A stretch of DNA of 64,000 nt, taken from positions 57,231 to 121,230 of the forward strand of contig JAPLVR010000005.1 of NCBI GenBank assembly GCA_026397015.1, read 5' to 3'. Numbering within the stretch: the first letter of the stretch is position 1; each line of letters begins with the position of its first letter. This stretch comes from Candidatus Iainarchaeum sp. (lineage in GTDB: Archaea; Iainarchaeota; Iainarchaeia; Iainarchaeales; JAAZKV01). The translations under genes and the position numbers were made by a program. Below, in pieces: positions 49,780 through 59,207 of the stretch. Under the pieces are notes generated by a model that did no database searches, was not told the DNA's origin, and saw nothing but the letters and a program-made list of their open reading frames with translations.

Positions 49780-50322
49780 TTAAATATTTTTCTGCAGCAA
49801 GCAACCATCGGAATATTTTTTGCCCTTTTTTGAAGCATTTTTCAAAAAGCCGTACTTTTTGAATCCTATTTTTTTGTAGAGTTTTATCGCGCCGCCGTTT
49901 TTCGGGTCGGCCCAAAGGGTAAGTATTTCAATTTTCTTTGGCATTTTTTTTTCGGCTGCCAGAATCAGTTTTGTCGCGACTCCTGCCCTTCTGCATTTCG
50001 GCAGTACAAAAAGGGAGGTTACTTCCGCAACGTGGGAATGAGCGTCTTTTTTTGGCGTGATTTTTACATGCGCGATAAGTTTGCCGTTCAACAGCGCCGC
50101 AAACCTGAAATTTTTCCCGTCCAAAGTTTTTTTCAATTTTTTTTCCGCAAGACCTTTTTTCCCCCATTTCGGGAAAAACTTTTTCAATTGGGAAATTGTT
50201 TTGGCGTCCGCGGAAACTATTTCTTTTATTTCTATTTTTTTAAGGCAATCCTGGCTTTTGCGGCATTCACGGGAATATGCCCCGCGCTCACTTTTCTTCA
50301 TCCTTATCAGCCACTTTTGCAT
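49780..50322 (-). CDS. GNAT acetyltransferase (start uncertain)
   Basis: V.P..RRAGVA..L, N..AIKLYKKIGF. Confidence 0.88.
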   Translation of the reverse strand: MQKWLIRMKKSERGAYSRECRKSQDCLKKIEIKEIVSADAKTISQLKKFFPKWGKKGLAEKKLKKTLDGKNFRFAALLNGKLIAHVKITPKKDAHSHVAEVTSLFVLPKCRRAGVATKLILAAEKKMPKKIEILTLWADPKNGGAIKLYKKIGFKKYGFLKNASKKGKKYSDGCLLQKNI

Positions 50323-50695
50323 CCGCTATCTTGTTTGAAGTGTGCGTTCTTGAAACATCTATTATGAAATTATTGTGGATTACATCGCGCCCTATCAGCA
50401 CGGCATAAGGGAGCCCGGAGCGGTCCTCTATTCCGACGCCCGTTTTTATTTTTTTTCCTTTGAGGATTATCGTCGCCTCGGCAATCGCCCTTCTCACATA
50501 GCCCTTGGGCGCGCTTGCGCTCCTTATTTTCACGCTTGAAATTATCGGGCCTATTCCAGCGCTTGCCGCTACCCTCACGTCAACGCTTGTTCTAGTTGCA
50601 CCGGTGTCGCAAAGGGCCCTTTTTATAATCGATTTCTTTTTTCCCTTTATCTTAACCAGTTCGACAAGCCCGATTGTTTTTTTTCTTCCCGACAT
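50288..50695 (-). CDS. RimK-associated aspartic-type peptidase (RimB-like)
   Basis: IG.VE.V, DTGA.RTS, DRS...Y.VLIGR. Confidence 0.85.
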   Translation of the reverse strand: MSGRKKTIGLVELVKIKGKKKSIIKRALCDTGATRTSVDVRVAASAGIGPIISSVKIRSASAPKGYVRRAIAEATIILKGKKIKTGVGIEDRSGLPYAVLIGRDVIHNNFIIDVSRTHTSNKIADAKVADKDEEK

Positions 50696-50868
50696 TTCAA
50701 CCGATTAGAAATATGTTTTTGTGTATTATTAAGGCTTTTGTTTTCAAAGCGCTTTGCCTTAAGAAAGGTTTTTATTAAGTAGTCGCGCTATGAGTGTTTG
50801 GTTAACTTGCTGCCAGTTCACGCGGATTTTTCACCCAAACGAATTCTGCAGCCGGCGGGTAATTTCCA

Positions 50869-51786
50869 ATGAAGCTCCTTGTAATCGCTGAGAGAAAAAA
50901 ACACATCGAACCGTTTCTTCCGGCCTTCGAGTCCAAGGGTTTTGAAGTAAAGTATCTTCGCATATTGAAAATAAGTCTGGTGAGCAAGCATCGCGCAACA
51001 CTTATCAAATCGCTCGGAGAAAATATTCCGAAGTATGACGCGGTTTTTCTCCATGCGCGCGCCTCCCTCGCCCCTTTTGTCGAGCCCCTTCTTGAAGAAT
51101 TTTCATCGCGAAAAATTTATTCGAATTCCATGCCCGGCTCCTATTACATCGGCATGAACGAACCCTTCAAATTCACAACTCTCGCCCTCGGCAACGTGCC
51201 GATTCCCGACATTATGATTGCGGGGTCATCTGGAGGCATAAAAACAATTTCAAAAAATGGCAAGTATCCGCTGATGGTAAAGGCTCTTGTCGGTAAAACC
51301 GTTCAGCAAAAGGTGGCGGTGAACAATGCCAAAGAATTCGAAATTTTTTTGAAGAGCATTCAGGACAACGTGGATGCTTTCATTCTCCACGAGTATGATG
51401 CATGCGATGTAATAACATGCGCCGTAATTGGGGAAAAAGTTTTCGCGGTAAAGAGGAAACTTTTATCGGGCGGAGTTTCCGAATTGAAAAAAGGGAAAAT
51501 TTACAAGCTTTCGGACGCCGAGAACGGCGCGGCAATCAAGGCGGCGCAGACCTGCGGCTATGATATCGCGCAGATTGAAATGTCAAACGGAAAAATTTTG
51601 GATGTAAGGCCGAATGTTAATTGGAAAGTGCTAAGTGAAATTTGTTCGGAAAATTTGGAGGAACATGTTGCGCAGTTTTTCGCGGAAAAACTTCAGAAAC
51701 TCGGCGTGGAAGAAGGCGTCGGAGATGAAATTGGCGTCATAAAAAGGATTTTTTCAAAAACAGTTTTAGGGAAGTGGTTAAAATGA
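50869..51786 (+). CDS. Degenerate RimK-like ATP-grasp protein
   Basis: VPIP, YPLMVK, AVIGEKV.A.KR; DxR and ExN catalytic motifs replaced (DVIT, DVR). Confidence 0.7.
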   Translation: MKLLVIAERKKHIEPFLPAFESKGFEVKYLRILKISLVSKHRATLIKSLGENIPKYDAVFLHARASLAPFVEPLLEEFSSRKIYSNSMPGSYYIGMNEPFKFTTLALGNVPIPDIMIAGSSGGIKTISKNGKYPLMVKALVGKTVQQKVAVNNAKEFEIFLKSIQDNVDAFILHEYDACDVITCAVIGEKVFAVKRKLLSGGVSELKKGKIYKLSDAENGAAIKAAQTCGYDIAQIEMSNGKILDVRPNVNWKVLSEICSENLEEHVAQFFAEKLQKLGVEEGVGDEIGVIKRIFSKTVLGKWLK

Positions 51787-52793
51787 CCGCGCAGAAGCAG
51801 AAGGGGTTTTCAGACTTGGCCCCTATTGAGGAGGAGCTGGGCGCCGACCTCTCGCGAATTGAAATTGGAAGGAAATCCGGCGGCAAAGTGCCAAAAAAAT
51901 TTGACGCTAAAAAAAGTTTTCTCATAATCGGCTCAAAAACCTACAAGAAATCTACAATTAATTCGATGATCGGCGAGAGCAAAAAACTTTTTGACAGGGT
52001 TCTGTTTGTTCCGATAAACAAAGTGCAGATAATGGTTTCAAGCGGCAGGGCTTCCCTTTGCTACAAGGGAAAATATCTGATGGATTTTGACGCGATTTAT
52101 CCGCGCTTTTCTTCCAGAGATTATGTACTCGGTGAAGCAGTTCTTAAAGTAATAGAAAGCAGCAGCGCCTACTGCCCTGTTCCCCTTCGCGCCTACCAGA
52201 TAACCAATCACAAGTATTACACCACGCAGGTCCTTTCAAACAGCGGAATCCCCGGAATTCCCACGACTCTTTTCATTTCCCCCAAATATGCGGAATACCT
52301 TGTGGGTGAAACCGGCTTTCCGATGGTGATGAAACTCATTTCGGGATTTGCCGGAAAAGGGGTCGTTTTAATAAACGATAAAAAGCAGTTGGAAAGCATC
52401 CTTGACACCGTTCACCTTTTCGAGGAATTTATTTGCACGCAAAAATTTATTAAGGGAAAAAATTTTGATGTGCGCTGCTATGTTATCGGCGATAGCGTAA
52501 TTTCGGTCAAGCGGACAGGGAGGAAAGGGGAGTGGCGCGCAAATATTTCCAGGGGCGGAACAGCAGCGGTAATTGAAACAAGCCCTGAGATGAAAAAAAT
52601 CGCCCTTAACTCTGCAAGGGTTCTCGGCATGGACATTTGTGCGGTTGATTTGATGGAGTCGGGAGGCAGATGGGTTGTGATTGAAGCTAATTTTATGCCC
52701 GGCCCATTCATGAAATACCTCGGAGGAATGATAGTTAAGGAATGGGTTGAATTCATTCATGAAAAAGTAAAGGCGCAAAAACAATTCGGCTGA
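51774..52793 (+). CDS. RimK/LysX family ATP-grasp peptide ligase
   Basis: K..T...L, P.VMK..G..GKGV, QKFI, DVR..VIG, WRANISRGG, VD...EAN..PG. Confidence 0.92.
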   Translation: MVKMTAQKQKGFSDLAPIEEELGADLSRIEIGRKSGGKVPKKFDAKKSFLIIGSKTYKKSTINSMIGESKKLFDRVLFVPINKVQIMVSSGRASLCYKGKYLMDFDAIYPRFSSRDYVLGEAVLKVIESSSAYCPVPLRAYQITNHKYYTTQVLSNSGIPGIPTTLFISPKYAEYLVGETGFPMVMKLISGFAGKGVVLINDKKQLESILDTVHLFEEFICTQKFIKGKNFDVRCYVIGDSVISVKRTGRKGEWRANISRGGTAAVIETSPEMKKIALNSARVLGMDICAVDLMESGGRWVVIEANFMPGPFMKYLGGMIVKEWVEFIHEKVKAQKQFG

Positions 52794-52833
52794 ATTTTTT
52801 TAAATTATTGGTTTATTTTTTCGGGCGTTTGAA

Positions 52834-53952
52834 ATGAAAGGCAATGATTATCGGCTTCTCGACCAGAAACTATGCGCTCTCGCAAGCTCGATAGAAGCGA
52901 ACCTTTTGTTGTATGTGAACCCTCAAAATCTTGATCAGCAGAGACATAAATTTTTTGAAGAATTCGCGAACGGAAACGAATATGCGCCTGTTTTTTCATA
53001 TGTTGCTAGAAATCCTCTTTACAGCTACTTTTCAATAAGCCCCACTTTTGAAATATACAAAAGGGAATTGAACGCGCTGCGCCAAAATCTTTATGGTGAA
53101 ACGCTCGACCTCATATTTGATAAAAAAATAGTCGACCTTTTTGACAGGATGGAGCTGATAAGGAGCGCTGGCACAGAAAACTTTTCCAATAACTCCGAAA
53201 AGTATTACGGCAAGCCGACTCTCAAGCTTATTTCACTTGCCCGCGAGATACTTTCGAAGGAAATCGCCCCGGAAGAGAAAAATGTTTCTTTCCCGCAGGC
53301 CGAAAAAATGGTTTCCGATTATTTGAAAAAATCAAGATTAAAATACAAGGTTGTTCCGAGAGAATCATCGGCCTCCCTTTGTTCTGTAAATGTCAGAACA
53401 AAAGAGATTTTTTTATCCCCAACCGCTTTTTTCGCCGAAAGCGAGATAAGGCGCCTGATTGTCCATGAAATCCGGGGGCACATATTCAGGTATGAAAACG
53501 GGCTTCTGCAGCCGTACAAGCTTTTTGCGCGCGGCCTCTCGAAGGAAACCCTCTGCACGGAAGAGGGCATCGCGGTTATGCTTGAAGAAAAGGAAGGGCT
53601 AAATGTTGATGTTCAGCTGCGCGAATATGCCGGCCGTGTTTTGGCGGTGCATTATGCCTCACGCAAAAATTTTTATGAAACTTTTTTGGAGGTTGCAAAA
53701 TTTTTTCCGAAGGAAGCCGCATTTACCCTGACGGCAAGGGCGAAACGCGGGACATTCAGTCAGGGCGAGCCGGGCGCCTTTACAAAGGACATCCTTTATT
53801 TGAAGGGAAAGGTTGTTGTAAAAAAGTTTTTGAAGAAAAACAATATTGAAGACCTTTATTTCGGCAGGTACTCAGTTTATGACGTTCCCCTGGTTAAGGA
53901 CGTTTCAGGATTGGTCAAGCCGAAATATCTGCCGCCTTCAATTAAAAAATGA
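52834..53952 (+). CDS. DUF1704/MATCAP-like HExxxH metallocarboxypeptidase
   Basis: VHEIRGH..R..NG..QP, EEGIA, R.KRG, FTKD..YL.G. Confidence 0.85.
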   Translation: MKGNDYRLLDQKLCALASSIEANLLLYVNPQNLDQQRHKFFEEFANGNEYAPVFSYVARNPLYSYFSISPTFEIYKRELNALRQNLYGETLDLIFDKKIVDLFDRMELIRSAGTENFSNNSEKYYGKPTLKLISLAREILSKEIAPEEKNVSFPQAEKMVSDYLKKSRLKYKVVPRESSASLCSVNVRTKEIFLSPTAFFAESEIRRLIVHEIRGHIFRYENGLLQPYKLFARGLSKETLCTEEGIAVMLEEKEGLNVDVQLREYAGRVLAVHYASRKNFYETFLEVAKFFPKEAAFTLTARAKRGTFSQGEPGAFTKDILYLKGKVVVKKFLKKNNIEDLYFGRYSVYDVPLVKDVSGLVKPKYLPPSIKK

Positions 53953-53970
53953 TTTGATAAATTATTTTTT

Positions 53971-55047
53971 ATGATAGAAATTAATGATTTTCGGAAGCTT
54001 CTGAAATTCAAGGAGTTTCCGTTGCATTCTTTTAAGAAAATAAAAAAAATTTATGGCGTTAGAAAAGGAGACAGTGTTCTGATTTGGTGCGACACAGGGT
54101 CGCAAAAGGAAAAAGTTTCTCCGCGCTTGGGGAAAACATTTTATGCCGAGTTCAAAAAAATGGGTTGCGATGTCTCGTTAATAGTTGGGAAGAAGCGCAG
54201 CCGCATGGGGCCGGCATCAAAAATTGTCACAAAGGCCGTCCTTTCACTCGAAAAAAAAGATTTGTTTGTTTCTGTTGGTTCCACGGGGCCGGGGCACATT
54301 ATTCGCAATGGTGCGCACATAAGTTTCAGGAAGCTAATGGGGTCCAAAAATTTTAAGGTGTTTTCCTGTAGCGGTCTCTCCGGTCTTAAGGAAAAAAATA
54401 TTGACGCTTTCTTTTCCAGCTTTGAACACGACCAAGGTGAAATAAATTTGCTGCACAAAAAGCTTGTTCCGCTTTTTAAGGAGGCATCTTTGGTAAAAAT
54501 TGCGTGCCCGCTTGGCACAAATGTGGAGTTCCGCTTCAGCCATAGGGAAGTGCTTTCGAACGATGGTAATTGGCGCAAATATTCCACAAATTATCCGATT
54601 GGGGAAGTTTACACCACTCCGATGGAAGATTCTGCAAATGGAATTGCTTTTGTTTCAAGCTTCCGCATAATCGGCGGAACCGTGCTTCCAAAAAAGGCGG
54701 TTAAATTTGTTTTTAAGAAGGGGCTGCTTGTGGATTCGAGCAGCAGAGTTGTGAAAAAAAATCTGCAGGAGCTAGTTGATTACAATAAAAAGAAGAAAAT
54801 AAAAAATTACAAAGATGCGCCGCGCACAATTGCGGAATTCGGAATCGGAACAAACCGCAAGGCGAAGATAGTGGGTGCGATGATATGCGATGAGAAGGCC
54901 CTCGGCACCTGTCACTTTGCAATCGGCGACAACAAGCAGTACGGCGGAAAGAATTATTGCTTCGGACATTTTGACAATGTCATCGCAAGTCCGACGGTCT
55001 GGTTTGACGGCAGAAAAATAATTGAAAACGGCAGGCTGTTAGTCTGA
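53971..55047 (+). CDS. Peptidase M29 (AmpS/AmpT-like aminopeptidase)
   Basis: N.P.GEV, AEFGIGTN, DEK..GT.HFAIG, H.D. Confidence 0.88.
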   Translation: MIEINDFRKLLKFKEFPLHSFKKIKKIYGVRKGDSVLIWCDTGSQKEKVSPRLGKTFYAEFKKMGCDVSLIVGKKRSRMGPASKIVTKAVLSLEKKDLFVSVGSTGPGHIIRNGAHISFRKLMGSKNFKVFSCSGLSGLKEKNIDAFFSSFEHDQGEINLLHKKLVPLFKEASLVKIACPLGTNVEFRFSHREVLSNDGNWRKYSTNYPIGEVYTTPMEDSANGIAFVSSFRIIGGTVLPKKAVKFVFKKGLLVDSSSRVVKKNLQELVDYNKKKKIKNYKDAPRTIAEFGIGTNRKAKIVGAMICDEKALGTCHFAIGDNKQYGGKNYCFGHFDNVIASPTVWFDGRKIIENGRLLV

Positions 55048-55575
55048 ACGGATTTCTTCCAGCAAAGAGGGCATTTTGAAATGCCATTTTAGTATTTCTC
55101 TTGCCCAAATCGCGAATTTTTTTTCGTTTTTATTTAGCATGGCTCGGACTTTTTCCGGAGGCAGAAATTCAATTTTTGATATTTCGCCCCTGTCAAAATT
55201 TATTTCACCGTCGTATTCAAGCAGATATATTTTTGAAATCATGTTGTCGTTTTTTCCGTAGCGGAACCTGATTTTTGCGATTTCTTTTAATTTCGGATTG
55301 GCAATTCCAAGTTCTTCTTTCAAGCCCTTTTTAGCGGCCTCATCAAAAGTTTCCCCGCTGCTTACATGTTCTGAAATGGAGGTGTCATATTTGTTTGGAA
55401 ATTTGTCCCTCGCCTTTGACCTCACCGGCAGAAGCAGTTCCCCTTTTGAATTTTTTATCAAAACATGGATTCCCCTGTGCCAAAGCTTTGAGGCATGCAC
55501 GGCGTTTCTAGGTTTTTTTCCAATTGGCTTATCGCTTTCGTCCACGACATCAACCGTTTCAAAAGAACCCTTCAA
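55039..55575 (-). CDS. NUDIX hydrolase (IDI-1-like)
   Basis: D.VD..D..IG, LWHR, K..FP, GE.....A...L.EELG. Confidence 0.85.
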   Translation of the reverse strand: MKGSFETVDVVDESDKPIGKKPRNAVHASKLWHRGIHVLIKNSKGELLLPVRSKARDKFPNKYDTSISEHVSSGETFDEAAKKGLKEELGIANPKLKEIAKIRFRYGKNDNMISKIYLLEYDGEINFDRGEISKIEFLPPEKVRAMLNKNEKKFAIWAREILKWHFKMPSLLEEIRSD

Positions 55576-55584
55576 CCCAACACC

Positions 55585-55773
55585 TTATTTTTTATCCCTA
55601 AAAAAAGCTTCGATGTCCCTATCATAACTTGCTTCGGCTTTTTTTGAAAAGTAACACGCCGGCAATTCCCCCCGTTTCCGGTGATATGCGATGCACTCGC
55701 AGCAGATTCCCTTTCTTTCGCATGAAAATGTGCAATTGCATTTTTTAAGGTTGGATTGCTTTTTGCATTCCAT
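55585..55773 (-). CDS. Small Cys-rich protein (DUF6485-like)
   Basis: C.CT..C.RKG.CCECI.YH....ELP.CYF. Confidence 0.75.
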   Translation of the reverse strand: MECKKQSNLKKCNCTFSCERKGICCECIAYHRKRGELPACYFSKKAEASYDRDIEAFFRDKK

Positions 55774-55788
55774 AAATGTGCTATTTAT

Positions 55789-56364
55789 TCAGGCTTTTCC
55801 ATTGGCCTTGGTTTCATCAATGTCCAGAATGAATACGGCGGCGGAAATTACTGTTGTCCACAGCCCATTTTTGTTTCCTTCCGCCGATTGGCAGTAATGG
55901 GTCGTTTTAATTATTTTTCCGCTTGTCCTGTACACCTGCTCCCTTTCTTCCCAGGCGGTTTCAGAGTTGAATTCTATCCCAAGTGTTGTTGCAAGCATTG
56001 TTGCAGCCAAATCCTCTGCATAATCCCCTGCTTTCTCGTCAGTTTCCCCGAATGCGTGGTGTTCCGATAAGTAGCCGTAGTTTTCGCTTTCCTTCGGCAC
56101 CGCCAGCCCTATTGCGGTCGAAATGAGCCTGTTCGGCTCGCATGTTTCATTTTTTGCCATTACGCAGAAAACAATCTGCCCAGGAGGCAAAAGCTTAAGT
56201 CCTTCATCTTTTGGGATAATTTTGCATTTGGGCGGAAAGATGCTTGAAACGTAAACGAGATTGAATTTTTCTATTCCCGCGTTCCTGAGTGCGGCTTCGA
56301 AGGACGCGAGTCTGTCCTTGTGCACTCCCACCCCTCTCACAAAAAAAACTTTTGACGGAATCAT
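55789..56364 (-). CDS. pdaD: Pyruvoyl-dependent arginine decarboxylase
   Basis: SFE.ALR.AGI..FNLV.VSSI.PP (Ser-Ser cleavage site), GYLSEH. Confidence 0.92.
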   Translation of the reverse strand: MIPSKVFFVRGVGVHKDRLASFEAALRNAGIEKFNLVYVSSIFPPKCKIIPKDEGLKLLPPGQIVFCVMAKNETCEPNRLISTAIGLAVPKESENYGYLSEHHAFGETDEKAGDYAEDLAATMLATTLGIEFNSETAWEEREQVYRTSGKIIKTTHYCQSAEGNKNGLWTTVISAAVFILDIDETKANGKA

Positions 56365-56403
56365 AAATTGCCATACCTGTTAATAAGGAATTAATTTAAA
56401 AGC

Positions 56404-57006
56404 TTAAAGTTTTTTTGCAGCGCCCTTTTCCGCTTTGAAAATTTTTCCATGGCCGGGAACAACATAGTCAGCAATTTCTAAAATCCTTTTGCGAGATTCC
56501 ATTAATTTGCCCATATTCAATTCTTTTGGGTGCGAGTTGTCTATTTTGTTGATATCAATTTTTTGCTCTTCCCCGTCAGCCCACCAGAAAACATCGCCAG
56601 CAATAACATAAACACCAGCATTTGTTTTTACAACAAGCGAACAATGTTCTGCAGTATGGCCAGGTGTTTCGATAACAAGTGTATCAGAACCCAATATTTT
56701 TTCATTGAATTCAAGCTGCATATCCTTTTTATACATTAAATTTTCAAATGTTATAATGTCTGCATTTTCAAAGATGCCTGCCAATAATGTATGATCTATG
56801 TGACCATGGGAAAGAAAAACGAAATCTATTTCAGATGGTTCTAAGTTTTCAGTTTTCAATGCGTTTAACAGTTTTTCTCTGTTGCAACCCGGGTCAACAA
56901 TTATGTTTTTGCCATCGGATTTAACCAAAATCGTTGTAGAACTTGCTAACCACCCGTTTCTAACTTCTTTAGCATATCCTTCAATCAAAACTGTTACATT
57001 TGCCAA
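56404..57006 (-). CDS. Metallo-beta-lactamase-fold hydrolase
   Basis: SHGHIDH, TPGHT, AGD, PGHG. Confidence 0.9.
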   Translation of the reverse strand: MANVTVLIEGYAKEVRNGWLASSTTILVKSDGKNIIVDPGCNREKLLNALKTENLEPSEIDFVFLSHGHIDHTLLAGIFENADIITFENLMYKKDMQLEFNEKILGSDTLVIETPGHTAEHCSLVVKTNAGVYVIAGDVFWWADGEEQKIDINKIDNSHPKELNMGKLMESRKRILEIADYVVPGHGKIFKAEKGAAKKL

Positions 57007-57037
57007 AAAATCACCAATTTTTTTAAATTCGCCATTT

Positions 57038-57069
57038 TTTTCGCCAGCCTTTTTTCTAAAAAGGCTGTG
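57038..57069. repeat. Palindrome-family copy next to the tRNA-Leu 3' end
   Basis: ttttcgccagccttttttctaaaaaggctgtg. Confidence 0.85.
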
Positions 57070-57070
57070 A

Positions 57071-57212
57071 TGCAGGGGAAGAGATTCGAACTCTTGAAGG
57101 CACTAAGCCACTGGATAACTCAAACCCTTTCACTTTCGGCGGAGTTTTTCGCCGACCTTTTTACGAAAAGGCCGCTTGAGTCCAGCGCATTTGACCGCTT
57201 TGCTACCCCTGC
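57071..57212 (-). tRNA. tRNA-Leu(CAA) with a 58-nt intron at 37/38 (57117-57174)
   Basis: GCAGGGG/CCCCTGC acceptor stem, CTGGA-CTCAAG|A-TCCAG, long variable arm, GTTCGAATC; BHB central helix CTCA/TGAG. Confidence 0.93.
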
Positions 57213-57254
57213 TTTGCGCACATTTTGTGACAATAAGTAACGATTTGGGGAATG

Positions 57255-57920
57255 CTAATAAAAACCTTGCGAGCGCCACAGATAGAATTTGTCCAAGTGT
57301 TTTTTGTTTTTCGGGCGGATTGTTGCAAAGAACTTTTTTGCGTTTTCCTTGCCCTCAAGCCTGAGCGCGTATGGTGCATAATTTCCGTTGTAAGGCCGCT
57401 CTTTGTAGATGTTAAACTTAAGGTCTTGAATAAAAAGTATTTGTTGAATTTGTTCGGCAAGTTTTTGTGAGACTGTTTTAAACTGTATTACTGGTCTGTG
57501 GCGTTTTTGTTTTTGCCATTTGCTCGCATTGAAGTTGTAAGATTTTTTGAAATAGATGCATCCGTCAGTGTCAAACAATCCCCTAATAAAACTTGTATGC
57601 AGTTGCGGGTCAGAAACGATGCTTGGTGAGACAGTTACTTTGTTGCATTTTTTTTCTATTGGCATTCCGGATGAGATAATTTTTTCAGTAACTGCCTTTT
57701 TTCCAACACAAATTCCATAAGTGCCCCAATATGAAAAACTTTTTGGCGAAACATTGATTTGAAATACTTTTTTGAATAAGAATTTAATTCGCGCGTCATA
57801 ATATTCTTTTTCGTCTTTTGGGTTGCCTGTGATAAAAAGTGAAACTCCCGTGCTGCCTTTGCTCATCCAGCCGTCGCCGGCAAAAGCTCCGAGTAACTCC
57901 GCAAAGTACTTGCTCTCCAT
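57255..57920 (-). CDS. Free-standing two-motif LAGLIDADG endonuclease
   Basis: AELLGAFAGDG and FIRGLFDTDG; no intein splice motifs. Confidence 0.9.
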   Translation of the reverse strand: MESKYFAELLGAFAGDGWMSKGSTGVSLFITGNPKDEKEYYDARIKFLFKKVFQINVSPKSFSYWGTYGICVGKKAVTEKIISSGMPIEKKCNKVTVSPSIVSDPQLHTSFIRGLFDTDGCIYFKKSYNFNASKWQKQKRHRPVIQFKTVSQKLAEQIQQILFIQDLKFNIYKERPYNGNYAPYALRLEGKENAKKFFATIRPKNKKHLDKFYLWRSQGFY

Positions 57921-58017
57921 AAAAAAATGTGGTTTGCTGCGCATAAATACCTTTCGAGAGTGCCATGCCTGTCAACATCATTATGGCGCCAAAAAATAGT
58001 GAACATTTACTGGACAT

Positions 58018-58608
58018 TTATTGCTGCCGTTTGAACGCAAAAGGAATCTCTTTCGCCTTTAAGTCGAGGCTCTTAATTAATCGGCTGAATTCTTCGTAAT
58101 ATTCTTTTTTGTGAATTATTGACAACGTTAACATTTTTGTTTTGCCGCTTTCTTCATAAGAAACTTGAATTGTGATTTCTCTCATCGTTCCAAAAAAAGG
58201 CTTGCATTCCTCAATTTTTTCCGGGAAAGCTTTTTCCATGGCGTGCCAGCCTAACACAATTCCAATTATTTGTGAATAAGAAATTTTTTGTTCAGTATCT
58301 TTAACCAGAAAGAGAAAGTTTGGATAAACATAGCCAATTTCGTCTTGCCCAAAAATTATTTTGTTCCTGTAATGCCCCCAAAAAGCATAAAATAGAACAT
58401 ATCCGCTAAAAAAAATCAGAAAATAAAATACGACCCAAATCGCAAAATTCATGCCGTCGATAGTGCTTCCTGCAAAGCCAGCCGCTGTAAAAATAAATCC
58501 TACAAGACAAACCAAAAGAATTACGAAACCTGGGATGCCTGCGACCAGCAAGAGCAGCCAAACCCCATCCTTCCAGAAATTGGTTTTGTAAACTCTTCCA
58601 GAATCCAT
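58018..58608 (-). CDS. Membrane protein (two TMs plus soluble domain)
   Basis: Two hydrophobic helices. Confidence 0.6.
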   Translation of the reverse strand: MDSGRVYKTNFWKDGVWLLLLVAGIPGFVILLVCLVGFIFTAAGFAGSTIDGMNFAIWVVFYFLIFFSGYVLFYAFWGHYRNKIIFGQDEIGYVYPNFLFLVKDTEQKISYSQIIGIVLGWHAMEKAFPEKIEECKPFFGTMREITIQVSYEESGKTKMLTLSIIHKKEYYEEFSRLIKSLDLKAKEIPFAFKRQQ

Positions 58609-58675
58609 TTTTAACGCTTCATGAATTATGAAATGATTGTCAAATAAAATAATTCCAAATTGATAACAATTAATT

Positions 58676-59104
58676 TTATTCAAATTCAAGCAAATCGTTG
58701 TATTTTATGTTCTGGACGCCTTTTGCTCTTACAAAAATAGTTCCTCCCCTATTTTCTTCTATCTCATCTACTTTTTTGCTTCCTACTCTTAGCTCCGTAA
58801 TTCTTATTTCGCCTTTGCCGATTTCGGACTTCATCCCTTTTTTCAGGGTGCCGGACTCAACCATTCCCGAAACCATCAGTGTGTCTCCTACCTCGTACTT
58901 CCCATCTACCCTGAAGACGCACTGTCCGGAGCTTTTTTTTGAATTTGAAAAATATTTTTCGTCGTCAACCTTTCTAAGGCTTATATTGTCAATTGTTTTC
59001 GCACGGCTCTCGTTTTCCTTTGCAGCCGTTTTTTTGTGGTTCGGGATGCAGACGCCCAGCGGCACGCTTTCCTTTTTCCTTTCTCCGATTCCGAAAATTC
59101 CCAT
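58676..59104 (-). CDS. Stand-alone EF-Tu domain-II-like beta-barrel protein
   Basis: FRVDG.Y.VG....VSG.VESGTLK.G. Confidence 0.65.
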   Translation of the reverse strand: MGIFGIGERKKESVPLGVCIPNHKKTAAKENESRAKTIDNISLRKVDDEKYFSNSKKSSGQCVFRVDGKYEVGDTLMVSGMVESGTLKKGMKSEIGKGEIRITELRVGSKKVDEIEENRGGTIFVRAKGVQNIKYNDLLEFE

Positions 59105-59207
59105 CTAACAAGTTATTGAAGGGAAATAAATAAAAACTGCTTTTTCTCCTTCCTGAGGGGTAGAGAAACCCTTTAATAATAATAAAGGGAAATATATACA
59201 GTTTTGC

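Noticed and set aside
48797-52793. LysW/LysX lysine or arginine biosynthesis operon
   Set aside because: The carrier lacks EDWGE and no lysZ/Y/J/K genes are present; neighbours are peptidases
57255-57944. LAGLIDADG as an intein or as part of a giant tRNA intron
   Set aside because: No splice-junction residues or host exteins; tRNA-Leu is complete downstream and no tRNA half is visible upstream
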